Shown piece after piece: positions 1 through 11,107 of a DNA stretch of 64,000 nucleotides. Origin of the DNA: an uncultured delta proteobacterium (lineage in GTDB: Bacteria; Desulfobacterota; Desulfomonilia; UBA1062). Position 1 is the first letter of the stretch. The number at the start of each line of letters is the position of its first letter. The stretch spans positions 704,001 to 768,000 of the forward strand of contig CAWAUM010000001.1 in NCBI GenBank assembly GCA_963785235.1, given 5' to 3'. Under the pieces are notes generated by a model. It did not search any database. It was not told where the DNA came from and saw only the letters and a program-made list of their open reading frames with translations. Made by a program: the position numbers and the translations under genes.

Positions 1-615
1 AAAGGCATAGGCAGGCACCGTATGGCTGCCGTGCACATAACCCAGCAGACCGGAACACGAGTTGGCCAGAATGAAGAAGGCCGATACCGCAGCCGTCTCC
101 TTGTTTCCTGCCCAGCCCATGAGAATGAGCAGTGGGCTCAAGAAGATACCCCCACCCACGCCGATGAGGCCGGAGAATAAGCCCAGTACTGCCCCAATAA
201 GCAGTGAAAGGGCGGTAGAAGGCAGGCGTATCCCGCTGATAAGCATTGCCGGCCTTACAAAGAGCTGAACTGCTGAAAACCACAAGATGAGCACCACGAT
301 GTACTTATAGAAATATGCAGGCAGGACAAAATAGCCCCCGATAAAGGCACAGGGGATGGATGTGGCGGCAAAACGCCAGAAGGCTGACCAGCGGAAATAA
401 CCTGCCCGGTAAAACTGGACCGAGGCGATGAGCGATACCAGGATGTTCAGCACCAGGGCAGTGGGTTTGATGGCGAGAGGAGTAAGCCCGAAGAGTGTCA
501 TGATGGCTATGTATCCCGATGCGCCCCCATGCCCGACGCAGGAATACAACACCGCGATGGTAAAGATGCAGATGAGCAGAAATGTTAAGGTCGACGGGTC
601 CATCTGTTGCTCCAT
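1..615 (-). CDS. Sulfite exporter TauE/SafE family membrane protein (3' end runs off window)
   Basis: Own translation from ATG at 615: MEQQMDPSTLTFLLICIFTIAVLYSCVGHGGASGYIA...GLFSGLIGVGGGIFLSPLL. Two GxGGG-type TauE motifs; hydrophobic throughout. Not in the ORF track. Confidence 0.85.
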   Translation of the reverse strand, partial: MEQQMDPSTLTFLLICIFTIAVLYSCVGHGGASGYIAIMTLFGLTPLAIKPTALVLNILVSLIASVQFYRAGYFRWSAFWRFAATSIPCAFIGGYFVLPAYFYKYIVVLILWFSAVQLFVRPAMLISGIRLPSTALSLLIGAVLGLFSGLIGVGGGIFLSPLLILMGWAGNKETAAVSAFFILANSCSGLLGYVHGSHTVPAYAF

Positions 616-646
616 GAGTAAGGACTGATCATAATCGTTTCCAGTC

Positions 647-1217
647 CTACAGGTATGGCCCTTGTCCCCGGCAGGCCGGGCAGGTCTCACCTAGATCTCT
701 CCGATAGGCCTCTTTGCAGGAAGGGCACAGCGCTATTGCAGACCTCTTCTTTTTCGAATCGGTGATGTATGAGAGGCTTTACCGTGACTTTTTCTGTGCT
801 GTAGATACCTGTCCCAGCCCTTTTGAACTCGTCTAAGATCAGCTCCAAGACCTGTTCTTTCTTGGGTCTTTCCTTCAGGAACCAGGCCCTGATTGCAGGC
901 CAGTCCATAAGTTTTGCCGCATCGAGGTATACCCTGATGCCTGCGCCGGTGTACTTGTTGTAGAAGGTGAGGCTGTAGCGGCTGGTATCTGCGATCTTGA
1001 GCCACCGGTTGCCGATGGTGCAGGGCGTGAGCAGCTGCACTGCGTCCGGCAGGCAGTGCTGGCTCTCGCAGATGACATCGAAGAACTCTCCCTCGGGGAG
1101 ATTTGCCCTGGCAATGTCAACCATTATTCCGCCCGCGACAATGCCCGGGGCGATGCTCCCGTGGAAGGACTTTATCTTTTCAATGAATTCTTCAAAACTG
1201 TATGGTCCTATGTTCAT
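647..1217 (-). CDS. FmdE (formylmethanofuran dehydrogenase subunit E) family protein with C-terminal Cys4 zinc finger; frameshift near 760
   Basis: FHGSIAPG, CESQHCLPDAVQLLTPCTIGN motifs; an alternative frame continues CPSCKEAY...TCPACRGQGPYL-stop at 647. Confidence 0.8.
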
Positions 1218-1285
1218 GCTGAACTCCTTTTTCTGTGACCACTCACTCGCCAACTCCCTCTCCCACGAGGGGCGAGGGAGCTAAG

Positions 1286-3547
1286 TCAGGTATGAATCAG
1301 ACAGCCTCGACCCTGCACCTCACATATCGGTGCAGTGGCGTGCCTGCGAATTTGTCCCGATAGGTATTCTTGGTGAGCCGGTTGGCATTTGCGCCGTGAG
1401 GCCTTACCCTCATACACCATGCCGAACCCGTGGGGGATGATCACCTGGCCTTTGCGGGTGGACTCGGTCAGTCTCGGCCTCGATCTCCACCTGACCTGCA
1501 TCGGTTATGACGCGGACCATCTGACCGTCAGTGATGTGGAGTCTGTGCCGCATCATCGGGGTGCATGGCCAGGGTGCATGCCCGTTTGCCTGCATTCCAT
1601 GCAGGGTCGCGCATGAGGGTGTTGGCGTTCATGCTCATGTGGCGGCCTGCCTGGAGGATGAGGGGGTAGGCTGGATCGGGCTGCAGGGCCTTTTCTTCTG
1701 ATTCGGGCATCGATGCTGTTCACCCAGTCGGCCATCTCGGGGATGTGGACGTGGATCTTTCCATCCTCGTGGGTGATCATATGAGAAGTTTTCGGCCGGA
1801 TCGACCCGGCCGATGATGATCCCTTCCGGGTGGTCGAGGATGGCCTGGAATACCTCCTCGCCGAGCATGATGCCCGGGGTGAACCCGGCCCGGAGCCGCT
1901 GCCTTGCGGAATGCTTTCGGTGCGGCCTGGAGCAGTGCCCCATATGGCAGCCAGGTTGGGCGAGCCGAGCGTGACGCCCAGGGTCTTGGCCAGGACGTAG
2001 GGCATGTCTGGAATGGCCTTGGGGTTTTCCTGGATGAACTTCATGAGCTCCATGCCGAAGGTCATGCGGTCCTTTGATGCTGCATCCATCAGCGATTGCG
2101 GTATGGCAGGGATGAGGCCCAGGGCATCGGCGAGCCTGACCAGGATCTCGCTCAAATGGAGCTGCTCCCCTAGAGGTTCCACCACCGGACGGCGCATCTG
2201 GAAGTAGATCTCCGGGAAGGTCCAGGTGAAAAAGGTGCCGTCCCATGATTCGTAGCCCGAGCAGAGCCGGGCAGTACGTAGTGGGACAGGGCCGCTGTCT
2301 CGGTCATGGCAAGCTCGCAGGTCACCAGCAGATCGAGCTTCTTGAAGGCCTCCTCGTAGGCTGGTGGTGTCTGCATACGAGCGCAGGGGGTTTGACTGGC
2401 AGCACATCACTGATCCTGGTCCTGTCCTTGTGGTCGCTCAGGATTTCCTCAGGCAGCACATTGGGAGGAAACACGCCCATGAGCGCCGGGAAGTCCGTGG
2501 TCACGGTGCGCCAGGTCTTGGGGTCGCGCTCGTCCGTGTGGGCGCCCAGCGGCATGAGGCTCCCGGGGATCGGGTTGCCTCCGGGGACGCAGAGCCTGCC
2601 GCAGATGGCGGCCAGGAGCAGGTGGAGGTAGGATGCAACCGTGCTGTGGCGGTTCATATAGATGCCGAGGTCCGTGTGCATGCACCACTTCCTGGTGGCG
2701 AGTAGCCTGCACACCTCGCGGACCTGCTCGTAGTCGAGCTCGCAGACCGCGACAGGCCGCCTTTGCATCGAAGCCTGAAAACCAGGGCTCGATCTCTTCA
2801 AATCCGGTCAACATGCTGCTCGATATATTCCTTGTTCTGCCAGCCCTCCTCAAGGATGATGGCGATCATGGCCCGGGTGAGCAGGGCATCGGTGCCGGGC
2901 CGGACGGCCAGGTGGATGTCTGCGATCTCGGCGGTCTCGGATTTTCTGGGGTCGATGACCACCAGAAGCTTGTCCGGGTTCTTTGAGAATTCCTTGAGCA
3001 CGAGCGGGGCCCGCGGCATCTGGTGGCTCTGCATGCCGTTCCAGCCGATGGCCAGGATCATGTCGGAAGCATGCTCGTCCGGGATGCCGAAGAGGTACTG
3101 CTTGCCCGCGAATCTGCCTGAGGCCCAGAAGATGCCCGTGAGCTCCTGGGCAAGGGGGCTGTAGTGGTAGCGGGAGCCGAGCGCGCGCATGAGCCTCACC
3201 CCGAAGGCGGCATCGAAGTGGCAGCCCTGGCCTCCTCCGCCCATGTAGGCATAGGATTTCGGACCATGCTCAGAGATGATTTCCTTGATCCTGAGCGCGA
3301 TCTCGCTGATGGCCTGCTCCCAGGAGATACGTTCGAATTTGTCCCCCACGCGCTTCAGCGGGTGGGTGAGCCGGTCTTTGTGGTGCTGGTGAAAGGCGAT
3401 GTTGGCCCCCTTGCGGCAGACATAGCCCTTGGAGCGGGGATTGTCCTTGTCGCCCCTGGTCTTTACAATCCGGTTATCCTCGACATACACCTCAAGCCCG
3501 CAGTTCTGTGCGCAGAGCACGCAGCCGGTCTTCTTCCATTCACCCAT
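1286..3547 (-). CDS. Molybdopterin-dependent oxidoreductase (DMSO reductase superfamily), broken by several frameshifts
   Basis: N-terminal CxxCxxxC...C Fe-S motif (CVLCAQNCG...GYVCRKG), VIDPRKSETA, VRPGTD, KLDLLVTCELAMTETA, C-terminal MHPDDA and IPHGFG. Fragments span at least 6 ORFs. Confidence 0.85.
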
Positions 3548-4164
3548 GTGTTGTCCTCCTCTTTCCCGAGCCGGATTGGCTGATTTTCAGGATATGATCA
3601 AAAACCATGTGCTTGAATATAATAAGCGGCTCGATATTCTTGACGAGTTTCATGTGCATGATGGCGCCCTCCCAGCTGTTCAGGATGAACTGGGCGGTAG
3701 TGGCCGGGTCCATCCCGGCAGGGAGTTCTCCCAGGTCTTTCGCCTCCATGAGCATCTGTGGCAATATGGCCGTGCATGCGTGCGTAGATATCGCCCACCT
3801 TTTCCCTGAACGGCTCGCTTAAATCACTCATCTCCTGCATGAGATTGCCGATGGGGCACCCGCATCGCATCTCCATATTTTCGAACATCTCCTGGTAGGC
3901 ATCCATGAAGCCCGAGAGCCTCTCCATGGGGGGGATGCTGCTGTCGCTCAGGTATTTTTCACCCATGGCCTCGATGAACTTCCAGTAGTAGTCCACAAGC
4001 TCCAGGCCGAAGTCATCCTTGCTCTTGAAATAGAAGTAGAACGAGCCCTTGGGTATCTGGGCAGCATTCAGGATCTCCTGGAGGCCGGTTTTGTTGAATC
4101 CCTTGGCGTGAATGAGGCGCGCCCCTTCCCGGAGGATGGTTTTCTTTGAGGTATCGCGTGCCAT
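3540..4164 (-). CDS. TetR/AcrR family regulator (NemR/LmrA-like); frameshift near 3770
   Basis: HTH GFNKTGLQEILNAAQIPKGSFYFYFKSKDD, GCPIGNL motif; C-terminus (GELPAGMD...SWEGA) in ORF 3540..3764. Confidence 0.9.
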
Positions 4165-4171
4165 GCCGCTG

Positions 4172-4201
4172 ATAATAGACCAGTCGTCTAGTGCCTGTCA
4201 A
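4172..4201 (-). promoter_or_regulatory. sigma70 promoter with embedded palindromic TetR operator; probably a leaderless transcript
   Basis: Minus strand TTGACA(4201-4196)-N18-TATTAT(4177-4172). Palindrome TAGAC-CAGTC-GTCTA at 4176-4190. ATG lies 7 nt after the -10 box. Confidence 0.7.
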
Positions 4202-4364
4202 CCCCGGTTTCCCTCTGTCCGGCTGCAAAGGTTTTTTTGAATCATCTTTTCCTTGTGCGATCAAAGACTTCCCCCTAACATCAATATCAGTTATTATTAA
4301 AAAAAATTTAGCCCACGATAGATCAATACTTCATTAAAGCATGGGAAGAGGGGAGAATCCTAGA

Positions 4365-6025
4365 ATGGGAGTCCATCATCTGGCAGGTAAACCGGCACCA
4401 AAAGAGATGCTTGTAAATGTGCAGGCACTTATGGATGCCTACTATTCGTTGCATCCCGATATGAATGTCGCTTCCCACAGGGTATCATTCGGTACCTCCG
4501 GCCATCGCGGGTCTTCTTTTTCTTACAGTTTCAATGAGGACCACATCCTTGCCATCACCCAGGCCATCTGCGACTATAAGAAGGAGCTCGCCATTGACGG
4601 GCCGCTGTTCATGGGCAAGGATACCCATGCGCTTTCCGAGCCGGCATTCCGGACAGCCCTGGAGGTCCTTGCAGCCAATGCCGTAACGGTCATGATCCAG
4701 GAAGGCGGCGGGTTTACACCCACACCGGTGATCTCGCACGCAATACTCGATTATAACAGGGGCAGGCAAGGCTCGCTCTCAGACGGCATTGTGGTGACGC
4801 CGTCTCACAATCCACCCGAGGACGGGGGTTTCAAGTATAACCCGCCTGAAGGGGGGCCTGCGGATACGAATATTACGGCATGGATCGCAACGAGAGCCAA
4901 CAAGATCCTTGAAAGTCGCAATGCCTCAGTAAGGCGCATCCCCTTTGAGCGGGCAATCAAGGCGCCTACCACGACCCTGTATGATTACATCGGTCCGTAT
5001 GTGGAAGGGCTCTCCAGCATTGTGAACATGGATGCCATCTCTTCTGCAGGGCTTAAGCTCGGCGCCGATGCCTTAGGCGGTGCAGGCTTTGCCTTCTGGC
5101 CCCATATAGCCCAGCGTTACGGGCTTGATATCGAGCTTATGCACGGCAAGGCCGACCCTACCTTCTCCTTCATGACCGTGGATCACGACGGCAAGATCAG
5201 GATGGACTGCTCTTCGCCCTACGCCATGGCAGGCCTCATCAGCCTGAGAGACCGTTTCGACCTTGCCTTCGGCAATGATCCTGATTTTGACCGGCATGGT
5301 ATCGTAACCAAGACAGGCGGGCTCATGAATCCTAACCACTACCTGGCCGTTGCCATCGAATATCTCTTCTACAACAAGGGATGCAGTGGAGGAAAGACAC
5401 CGGCATAGGCAAGACTCTGGTGAGCAGCTCCATGATCGATAGGGTTGCCCATTCTCGGGGCAGGCAGCTTGTTGAGGTGCCGGTGGGGTTCAAGTGGTTC
5501 GTCAAGGGGCTTATGGACGGCTCGCTGGGCTTCGGAGGCGAAGAGAGCGCCGGTGCATCGTTCCTGCGTACGGACGGTGCGGTGTGGACAACGGACAAGG
5601 ATGGCATTATTATGGACCTCCTTGCTGCAGAGATGATGGCAGTGTGGGGCAAGGACCCATCCGAGATATATCACGGGCTTGAATTGCAGTTCGGCGCGTT
5701 TGCCTATGAACGTATGGATGTCCCGGCAAGCGCTGCCCAGAAGGCAGTGCTTGGCAAGATCTCTCCGGAACTTATTGCCAAAGGGGACCTGGCAGGTGAT
5801 GCAATCCAATCTGTCCTCACCGAGGCCCCGGCCAACCAGGCCCCCATAGGCGGGATCAAGGTAATCACCGGCGGCGGCTGGTTCGCAGCGCGTCCCTCGG
5901 GTACGGAGGATATCTACAAGATCTATGCGGAAAGCTTCAAAGGTGACGAACACCTGAAGCAGCTGCAGGAAGGGGCCCGTGACCTTATTAACCAGGCGTT
6001 TGTCAATGCAGGGCTCGGCAGGTAG
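4365..6025 (+). CDS. pgm: Phosphoglucomutase, alpha-D-glucose-phosphate specific; frameshift near 5380
   Basis: [14 protein letters not shown] phosphoserine motif, DPDFDR, GGEESAG, RPSGTE. Confidence 0.95.
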
Positions 6026-6177
6026 TTGTTGCTGCTTACCCCTTGACCGCTGATATACAATCTTAATCTCTCAAGGAGAGAGGGGGCAGGAGGAAAATAG
6101 CCTTATGGAAAAAAGGAACACCCATGCGCAGCTCTCACCCGGACGCATAAGCATGGGCAGGGTGTTCGTTAGATCTC

Positions 6178-6930
6178 ATGAAGTACATCATACTCATGAC
6201 CCTGCTCGTGTTGCTTATGGCCAAAGGCACAGCAACGCTGGGCTATAACTGGCAATGGTACAGGATTCCAAAATATCTCTTCACCATTACGGATGCCGGC
6301 TTTGCTGCAGGGCCGCTTTTGAAAGGGCTCATGGTAACACTGCGTATCACAGTAGTAAGCATGGTACTGGCATTCGCCATTGGCCTTGTAACAGTGCTGT
6401 TCCGGCTTTCCAACTCGTTTTCCGCCCGGGCCCTTGCCAGGGCATACCTGGAACTGATCCGGAACACCCCACTGCTCATCCAGCTGTTTTTGATCTACTT
6501 TGTCATCTCACCCATAGCAGGTATCGGGGCCTTTACCTCTGCGGTGCTCGCTTTGAGCCTTTTTGAAGGGGCCTATATCTCAGAGATCTTCCGGTCAGGG
6601 ATCGAGTCCATCTCCAAAGGGCAATGGGAGGCGAGCCTGAGCTCGGGCCTTTCCACCTTTGAGGCCTACAGGTTCGTGATACTCCCGCAGGCCATCCGCC
6701 GTATCCTGCCGCCGCTTACCAGTCAGGCAGTATCACTCATCAAAGACTCGGCCCTGGTGAGTACCATTGCAATCTATGACCTGGCCATGCAGGGCCAGGC
6801 TATCGTTGCCGAGACATTTCTGGTTTTTGAGGTCTGGTTTACCATAGCGGCCATATACCTGGTTATAACCATAAGCCTCTCAACGCTTGTGTATGAGATG
6901 GAAAAACATATGAAGAGAACCCTTGCATGA
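6178..6930 (+). CDS. Polar amino acid ABC transporter permease (HisM/GlnP type); true start may be ~6105
   Basis: RNTPLLIQL, AYISEIFRSGI, GQWEA (EAA loop), ILPQA, LIKDSALVS. Confidence 0.9.
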   Translation: MKYIILMTLLVLLMAKGTATLGYNWQWYRIPKYLFTITDAGFAAGPLLKGLMVTLRITVVSMVLAFAIGLVTVLFRLSNSFSARALARAYLELIRNTPLLIQLFLIYFVISPIAGIGAFTSAVLALSLFEGAYISEIFRSGIESISKGQWEASLSSGLSTFEAYRFVILPQAIRRILPPLTSQAVSLIKDSALVSTIAIYDLAMQGQAIVAETFLVFEVWFTIAAIYLVITISLSTLVYEMEKHMKRTLA

Positions 6931-7116
6931 ATGGTGATTTATATATGAATCATCCCGTTTCAGGGCAATTATCGCGACTTTCACCAATGCTCACCCCCCC
7001 TGCCGTAAGGGTGTGGAAAAGTATGGCACGCTACATAACTCACCATTTCTCTGGTTCCGGAAGATGAATTACTCTACAAATCCTTTTTAATGAATCAATA
7101 TGGTGTCTCCTGCTTT

Positions 7117-9288
7117 TTACTCCTTGGATTTAACTCGCTTATCCGGATTTGGCGGCTTCACGCCTTCAGATCCCACCTGCACGGGCTGAACCGGCAGCTT
7201 CTGTGGCCTGCTGATTTTACCGGGCTTTCCAGTTTGGCCGGGTTTTTGCGGAGCAATCCGTTCCTGCGCCCTTGCTTTGCCGGGTTTTTCCTGCAGGGGC
7301 TGTGGTGACGGCTTCACACGTTCAGTGCTCACCTGCTCGGGCTGTATCGGCGGCTTGTGTGGTTTGCGAATTTGACCGGGTTTTTCAGGTTGTCCGGATA
7401 TTTGCGGAGCGACCTGTTCCGGCGCTCTGGCTTTGACCGGTTTTTCCTGCAGGGCTTGTGGAGTCGGCTTCACACGTTCAGATCCCACCTGCACGGGCTG
7501 AACCGGTGGCTTCTGTTGTTTGCTAATTTTACCGGGTTTTTCAGGTTGGTCGGGTATTTGCGGAGCGATCCGTTCCGGCGCTCTGGCTTTGCCGGGTTTT
7601 TCCTGCAGGGCCGGTGGTGCCGGCTTCACGCGTTCTGATCCCACCTGCTCGGGTCGTACCGGCTGCTTCTGTGGTCTGCCGATTTGACCTGGACGTGTTT
7701 CTGTTGCTCCCTCTCCGCGCCTTTTGATTTCTTTCTTCTGGAACTTCACTTCAGATTCCGGCCGGTTTACCTCTTTAGCTGGAACGATACGGTTCGTTAT
7801 CTTGGGTGCCTCGACCCGGGATTCCCGGTTGATCCTGCCTTCCGGTGTTCGCTTCACTTGCTGCTGGAGCACGGCGGCGTTTTCTCTCCTGTCCTTATCC
7901 TTGTGTATGATCGTTTCATTTTGCTCTATACGTTTGATTACGCTCTTGTGCGGCTTCTGATTTACAGTTTTGTTCGTGTAGTTGTAACGCTGTTTGTTCG
8001 TTTCGTAATTGTTAATAACCGTATTATTGACTACCGGCGCGGCGCGGTAGTTATTGATGATGGTGGTGTTATTTATGTTGGTCACCCGGACATTTCTGTA
8101 ATTGTTCACATTATAAAAATTGTTCTGGTTGACCACGATGGCACGATTTGCATAGGCATAATTCCGGACATTGATGTTGATCCGGGTGATGTTGACATTG
8201 TTCACAACCACCGCATGCGGGTCTCCCCAGTGGCGGTGACTGTAATAGGTCTCGCGCGGGGCCAGAGGCACCCATCCTACATAAGCCCCGCTGTAAATCC
8301 ATGAAACCCTGCCGGGATTCCAGAAAAAACCCACGTTGAGCAGGGGAAGACCGATCTGCACCCTTGCTACAGGCGGAGCCCAGTACCAGTTATTGCTTAC
8401 ATAAACCCAGTTACCGTAATGGTGGGTGATATAACCGAATGACTCTGCAGGGATCCATGTTTGGTCCCCGTCCCAATCGGTCCATCGGCCCATGGTAAAA
8501 GGTGACCAGCCTATGACTACGGTGGTGGGCCGCCAGAACCAGCGAGGGCTTCCCTCATAGGGAACCCTCTCCCATCTTCCATTCTCTTCAAGGGTATATG
8601 CCTCGTCCCGGAGGCTGGGCGGGAGATAATTTGCCGAACGCCCCCTATGCCTCGCCTTTTCCGCCCAAAATTTATCACGCTTCGAGTTCCACCTGTCCCA
8701 GTCCGGATCGACGGTTCCGTCACCTGATGACACCTGGTTATAGTCGGCGAGTAATCGACGGAGAACCGGCCGCCACGTCGTATCTGGCCTCATTTGCCGA
8801 CTGGACGAAACTCACTTTCCCCCTCACCGCAACCACTTCGACAGAGTCTTCGCCCACATAGAAGTCAAAGACCGTACCCGGATAGGCCAAGACGTACCCG
8901 TAGGGACTTGTGCCTTTAATGGCGGTACCGGAGCTTTTATTGTAGAACCTGGCTACGCCAGAAGCTACGTCCATTTCAGACAGGTCAGTGTCAAGGGCGA
9001 TGAACTGGATCTGCGTGTTGTTCCCGGTCCTGATCCAGGTCCCGTTGGGAACGATCAACTCTGCCATCTCCCCGTGCTTCCTGAATAGAGGGTGTCCCCT
9101 GCACCGAACGGCGCGTCCTTGACTAAAGCCACCCAGTCCTTTTCATCAGGAACATAACGGAGCAGATCCCCTTCGATCTGGTAGACTCGACCAACCACCA
9201 CGGACGGGTCCGCTGCAGCAAGAGAGGGGAGAACCAGAATACTCATTGCAAGAATCAAAAAGACCAGCGATTTAAACCATTTATTCAT
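7117..9288 (-). CDS. Secreted FecR-like / DUF6600-type protein with Pro/Gln/Lys-rich C-terminal repeats; two frameshifts (~9060, ~8760)
   Basis: Signal peptide MNKWFKSLVFLIL...AAA; FecR-like GDTLYSG..AEL; Trp-rich segment WSPFTMGRW, FGYITHHYGNW, YVGWVPLAPRE; then Asn-rich and repeat regions. Confidence 0.75.
7150..7692. repeat. Intragenic tandem repeat, 156-bp (52 aa) unit, about 3.5 copies
   Basis: CGGCTTCAC recurs at 7153, 7309, 7465 and 7621 (period 156); peptide QVGSERVKP..LQEKPGKARA.. Confidence 0.9.
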
Positions 9289-9467
9289 TTTTCTCTCCCT
9301 CATGCAAAACAATACGAAGACCTTTTTATTGGAACCTTACATATAATAGTCATGAATTTGTTCCAGACAAGGGTATGGGTACATCCAAACGGAAAATCTG
9401 GGATTAATGGTGATTCTGACCCTTCAGGAACAGAGGAACAATCCGGCCAAACATTTCCCCTGGTTAT

Positions 9468-10412
9468 TCACATGCTCATTACGCCCCTGCTTTTTGCTCT
9501 TTGATAATACCATGACCCATGGATGTTCTGGTAGGTCCATACCAGCCGGAACAAGGACGGCAGCCTGGGGATCCAGAAGGAGGTGGTGGGCCCCAGACTT
9601 GGGGCAGTGCGTCCAATGGTGATCTTGGATATGAGCACACCTTCACCCTCCTCCCTGCTCATTCGTGCCAGGACCACCCCAGCCCCGTCTACGATCTGGG
9701 TTTCTCCCAGATAATACGATTCATAGGGCACCCCGGGCAGCCACGGCATGAATGCCCTGAAATTCCCTGCATGGGCTGCGTGGATCACCGGGACACCGAG
9801 GAGTCGAGAGAAGGTTGCCGGGGTTGAAGCCATGACATTCAGGTTTCTGCAGTGGTGCCAGTCCCAGAAAGACTTGGGCGGCCAACCTTGAGGCATTGTC
9901 CACCAGCAAGATCCGCCCACCACGAGGTCGACCTTGCCCAGGAGACGCCTTACCGTACGGGTTCTCACGAACTCCCAGCACAAAGCGGATCCCATCTCGC
10001 CCAGCGGGGTGGAAATGATGCCGTCATCATGGCCCCCCACATAGTAGCAGTTCTCCCACATGGTGGGCTGGTCCTTGTCGTGGAACTCCGTTGAGCCGTC
10101 CGGCATGGCAAGGACAAAGGTGTTGTAGCGTTCGCTGGATCTTGATGCGATGAATGAACCGCCCACATAGAGCTGGTGCTTTTTTGCCTTGGATACAAGG
10201 AATTCGGTTGCCTTGCCGTTTAGGGGGAGAACAGCATCGAGCAGGCTTGGGTGAAAGGCGGCAGCGCTCGTGAAGAACTCAGGCAAGATGATTATCTGTG
10301 CACCTTTTCCGGCAGCCTCCTCCACAAGCCTGTCTGCCTTTTCAAGATTGGCTGGGACATTTCCCAGAACCGCTTTCATCTGCACTGCTGCTGCCTTTAA
10401 TGTCTTCGCCAT
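9468..10412 (-). CDS. Carbon-nitrogen hydrolase (nitrilase superfamily)
   Basis: AAAVQM start; catalytic E (LPEFF), K (HDK), C (LCWE). Confidence 0.9.
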   Translation of the reverse strand: MAKTLKAAAVQMKAVLGNVPANLEKADRLVEEAAGKGAQIIILPEFFTSAAAFHPSLLDAVLPLNGKATEFLVSKAKKHQLYVGGSFIASRSSERYNTFVLAMPDGSTEFHDKDQPTMWENCYYVGGHDDGIISTPLGEMGSALCWEFVRTRTVRRLLGKVDLVVGGSCWWTMPQGWPPKSFWDWHHCRNLNVMASTPATFSRLLGVPVIHAAHAGNFRAFMPWLPGVPYESYYLGETQIVDGAGVVLARMSREEGEGVLISKITIGRTAPSLGPTTSFWIPRLPSLFRLVWTYQNIHGSWYYQRAKSRGVMSM

Positions 10413-10447
10413 GTCTTCTCCTGTAACTGATGATAGGAAAGAATAAG

Positions 10448-10494
10448 GCCCTCCTTCCATGCCCTAAAAGGGGAAATTCCGGAAATGGAGGGCC
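10448..10494 (-). terminator. Probable intrinsic terminator or hairpin downstream of the Rho-N protein
   Basis: GGCCCTCC...GGAGGGCC inverted repeat followed on the minus strand by TTATTCTTT. Confidence 0.45.
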
Positions 10495-10510
10495 CGTTTA
10501 TCTAGTCGTT

Positions 10511-10882
10511 TCAGGCTATCTTTCTGCTCAACTTTTTTAACCTACTGATGCGCCGGCGCAGGATGGCAACCCTGGTTTCTTCCTTATTCTCATGTGCAAC
10601 GGCTTTTGCCTTTTTGATTTCCCTGATCTTGGCCTTGATATCGGGCTTGGACAATATAACCTTTGCTTTAGGCTTTTTCTTCTTCTTGTCATGATGCACA
10701 GGCCCCTCGTCCTTGATGCCTTTTGCCTGCTTGATAAAAATAATGAGCTGCTCTTTGGTCATGTCCCGGACAGCGACTTCGGTGTGCTCGTGGGGGATCT
10801 CCAGAGCGACTTCCCTGAGTTCCTTGATGGTCATCTTGTCAACGGGTTTTTCATGGTTATGCTTCTTGGTTTCTTCTGACAT
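10511..10882 (-). CDS. Small basic protein with Rho termination factor N-terminal-like domain
   Basis: KMTIKELREVALEI...MTKEQLIIFI resembles Rho_N; Lys/Arg-rich coiled C-terminus. Confidence 0.65.
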   Translation of the reverse strand: MSEETKKHNHEKPVDKMTIKELREVALEIPHEHTEVAVRDMTKEQLIIFIKQAKGIKDEGPVHHDKKKKKPKAKVILSKPDIKAKIREIKKAKAVAHENKEETRVAILRRRISRLKKLSRKIA

Positions 10883-11107
10883 AGTTTTGATTATCCTCCT
10901 TTGTCAATAGTTTCAAGATATTTGGGCCATATGATCAAAGAGGCTCTGAGGAATGTTTTTCGTGGCGTTTGTCTGCATCCTAAGGAGCTTCTTGGATGAT
11001 GCGGCCGATGAAACATTGTAACGGACTGGACATTTTCAGACAACAGGAAAATCTTTGTCTTTATGAACAGGAATGTTGATGATATGCAAAAGGGGCAGAG
11101 ACAATGT

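Noticed and set aside
1286-3547. Selenocysteine read-through in the molybdoenzyme
   Set aside because: The breaks I traced involve frame changes rather than an in-frame TGA; no SECIS-like element recognised.
7024-7040. Possible sigma54 site TGGCACG
   Set aside because: No TTGC at -12 and no downstream + strand gene.
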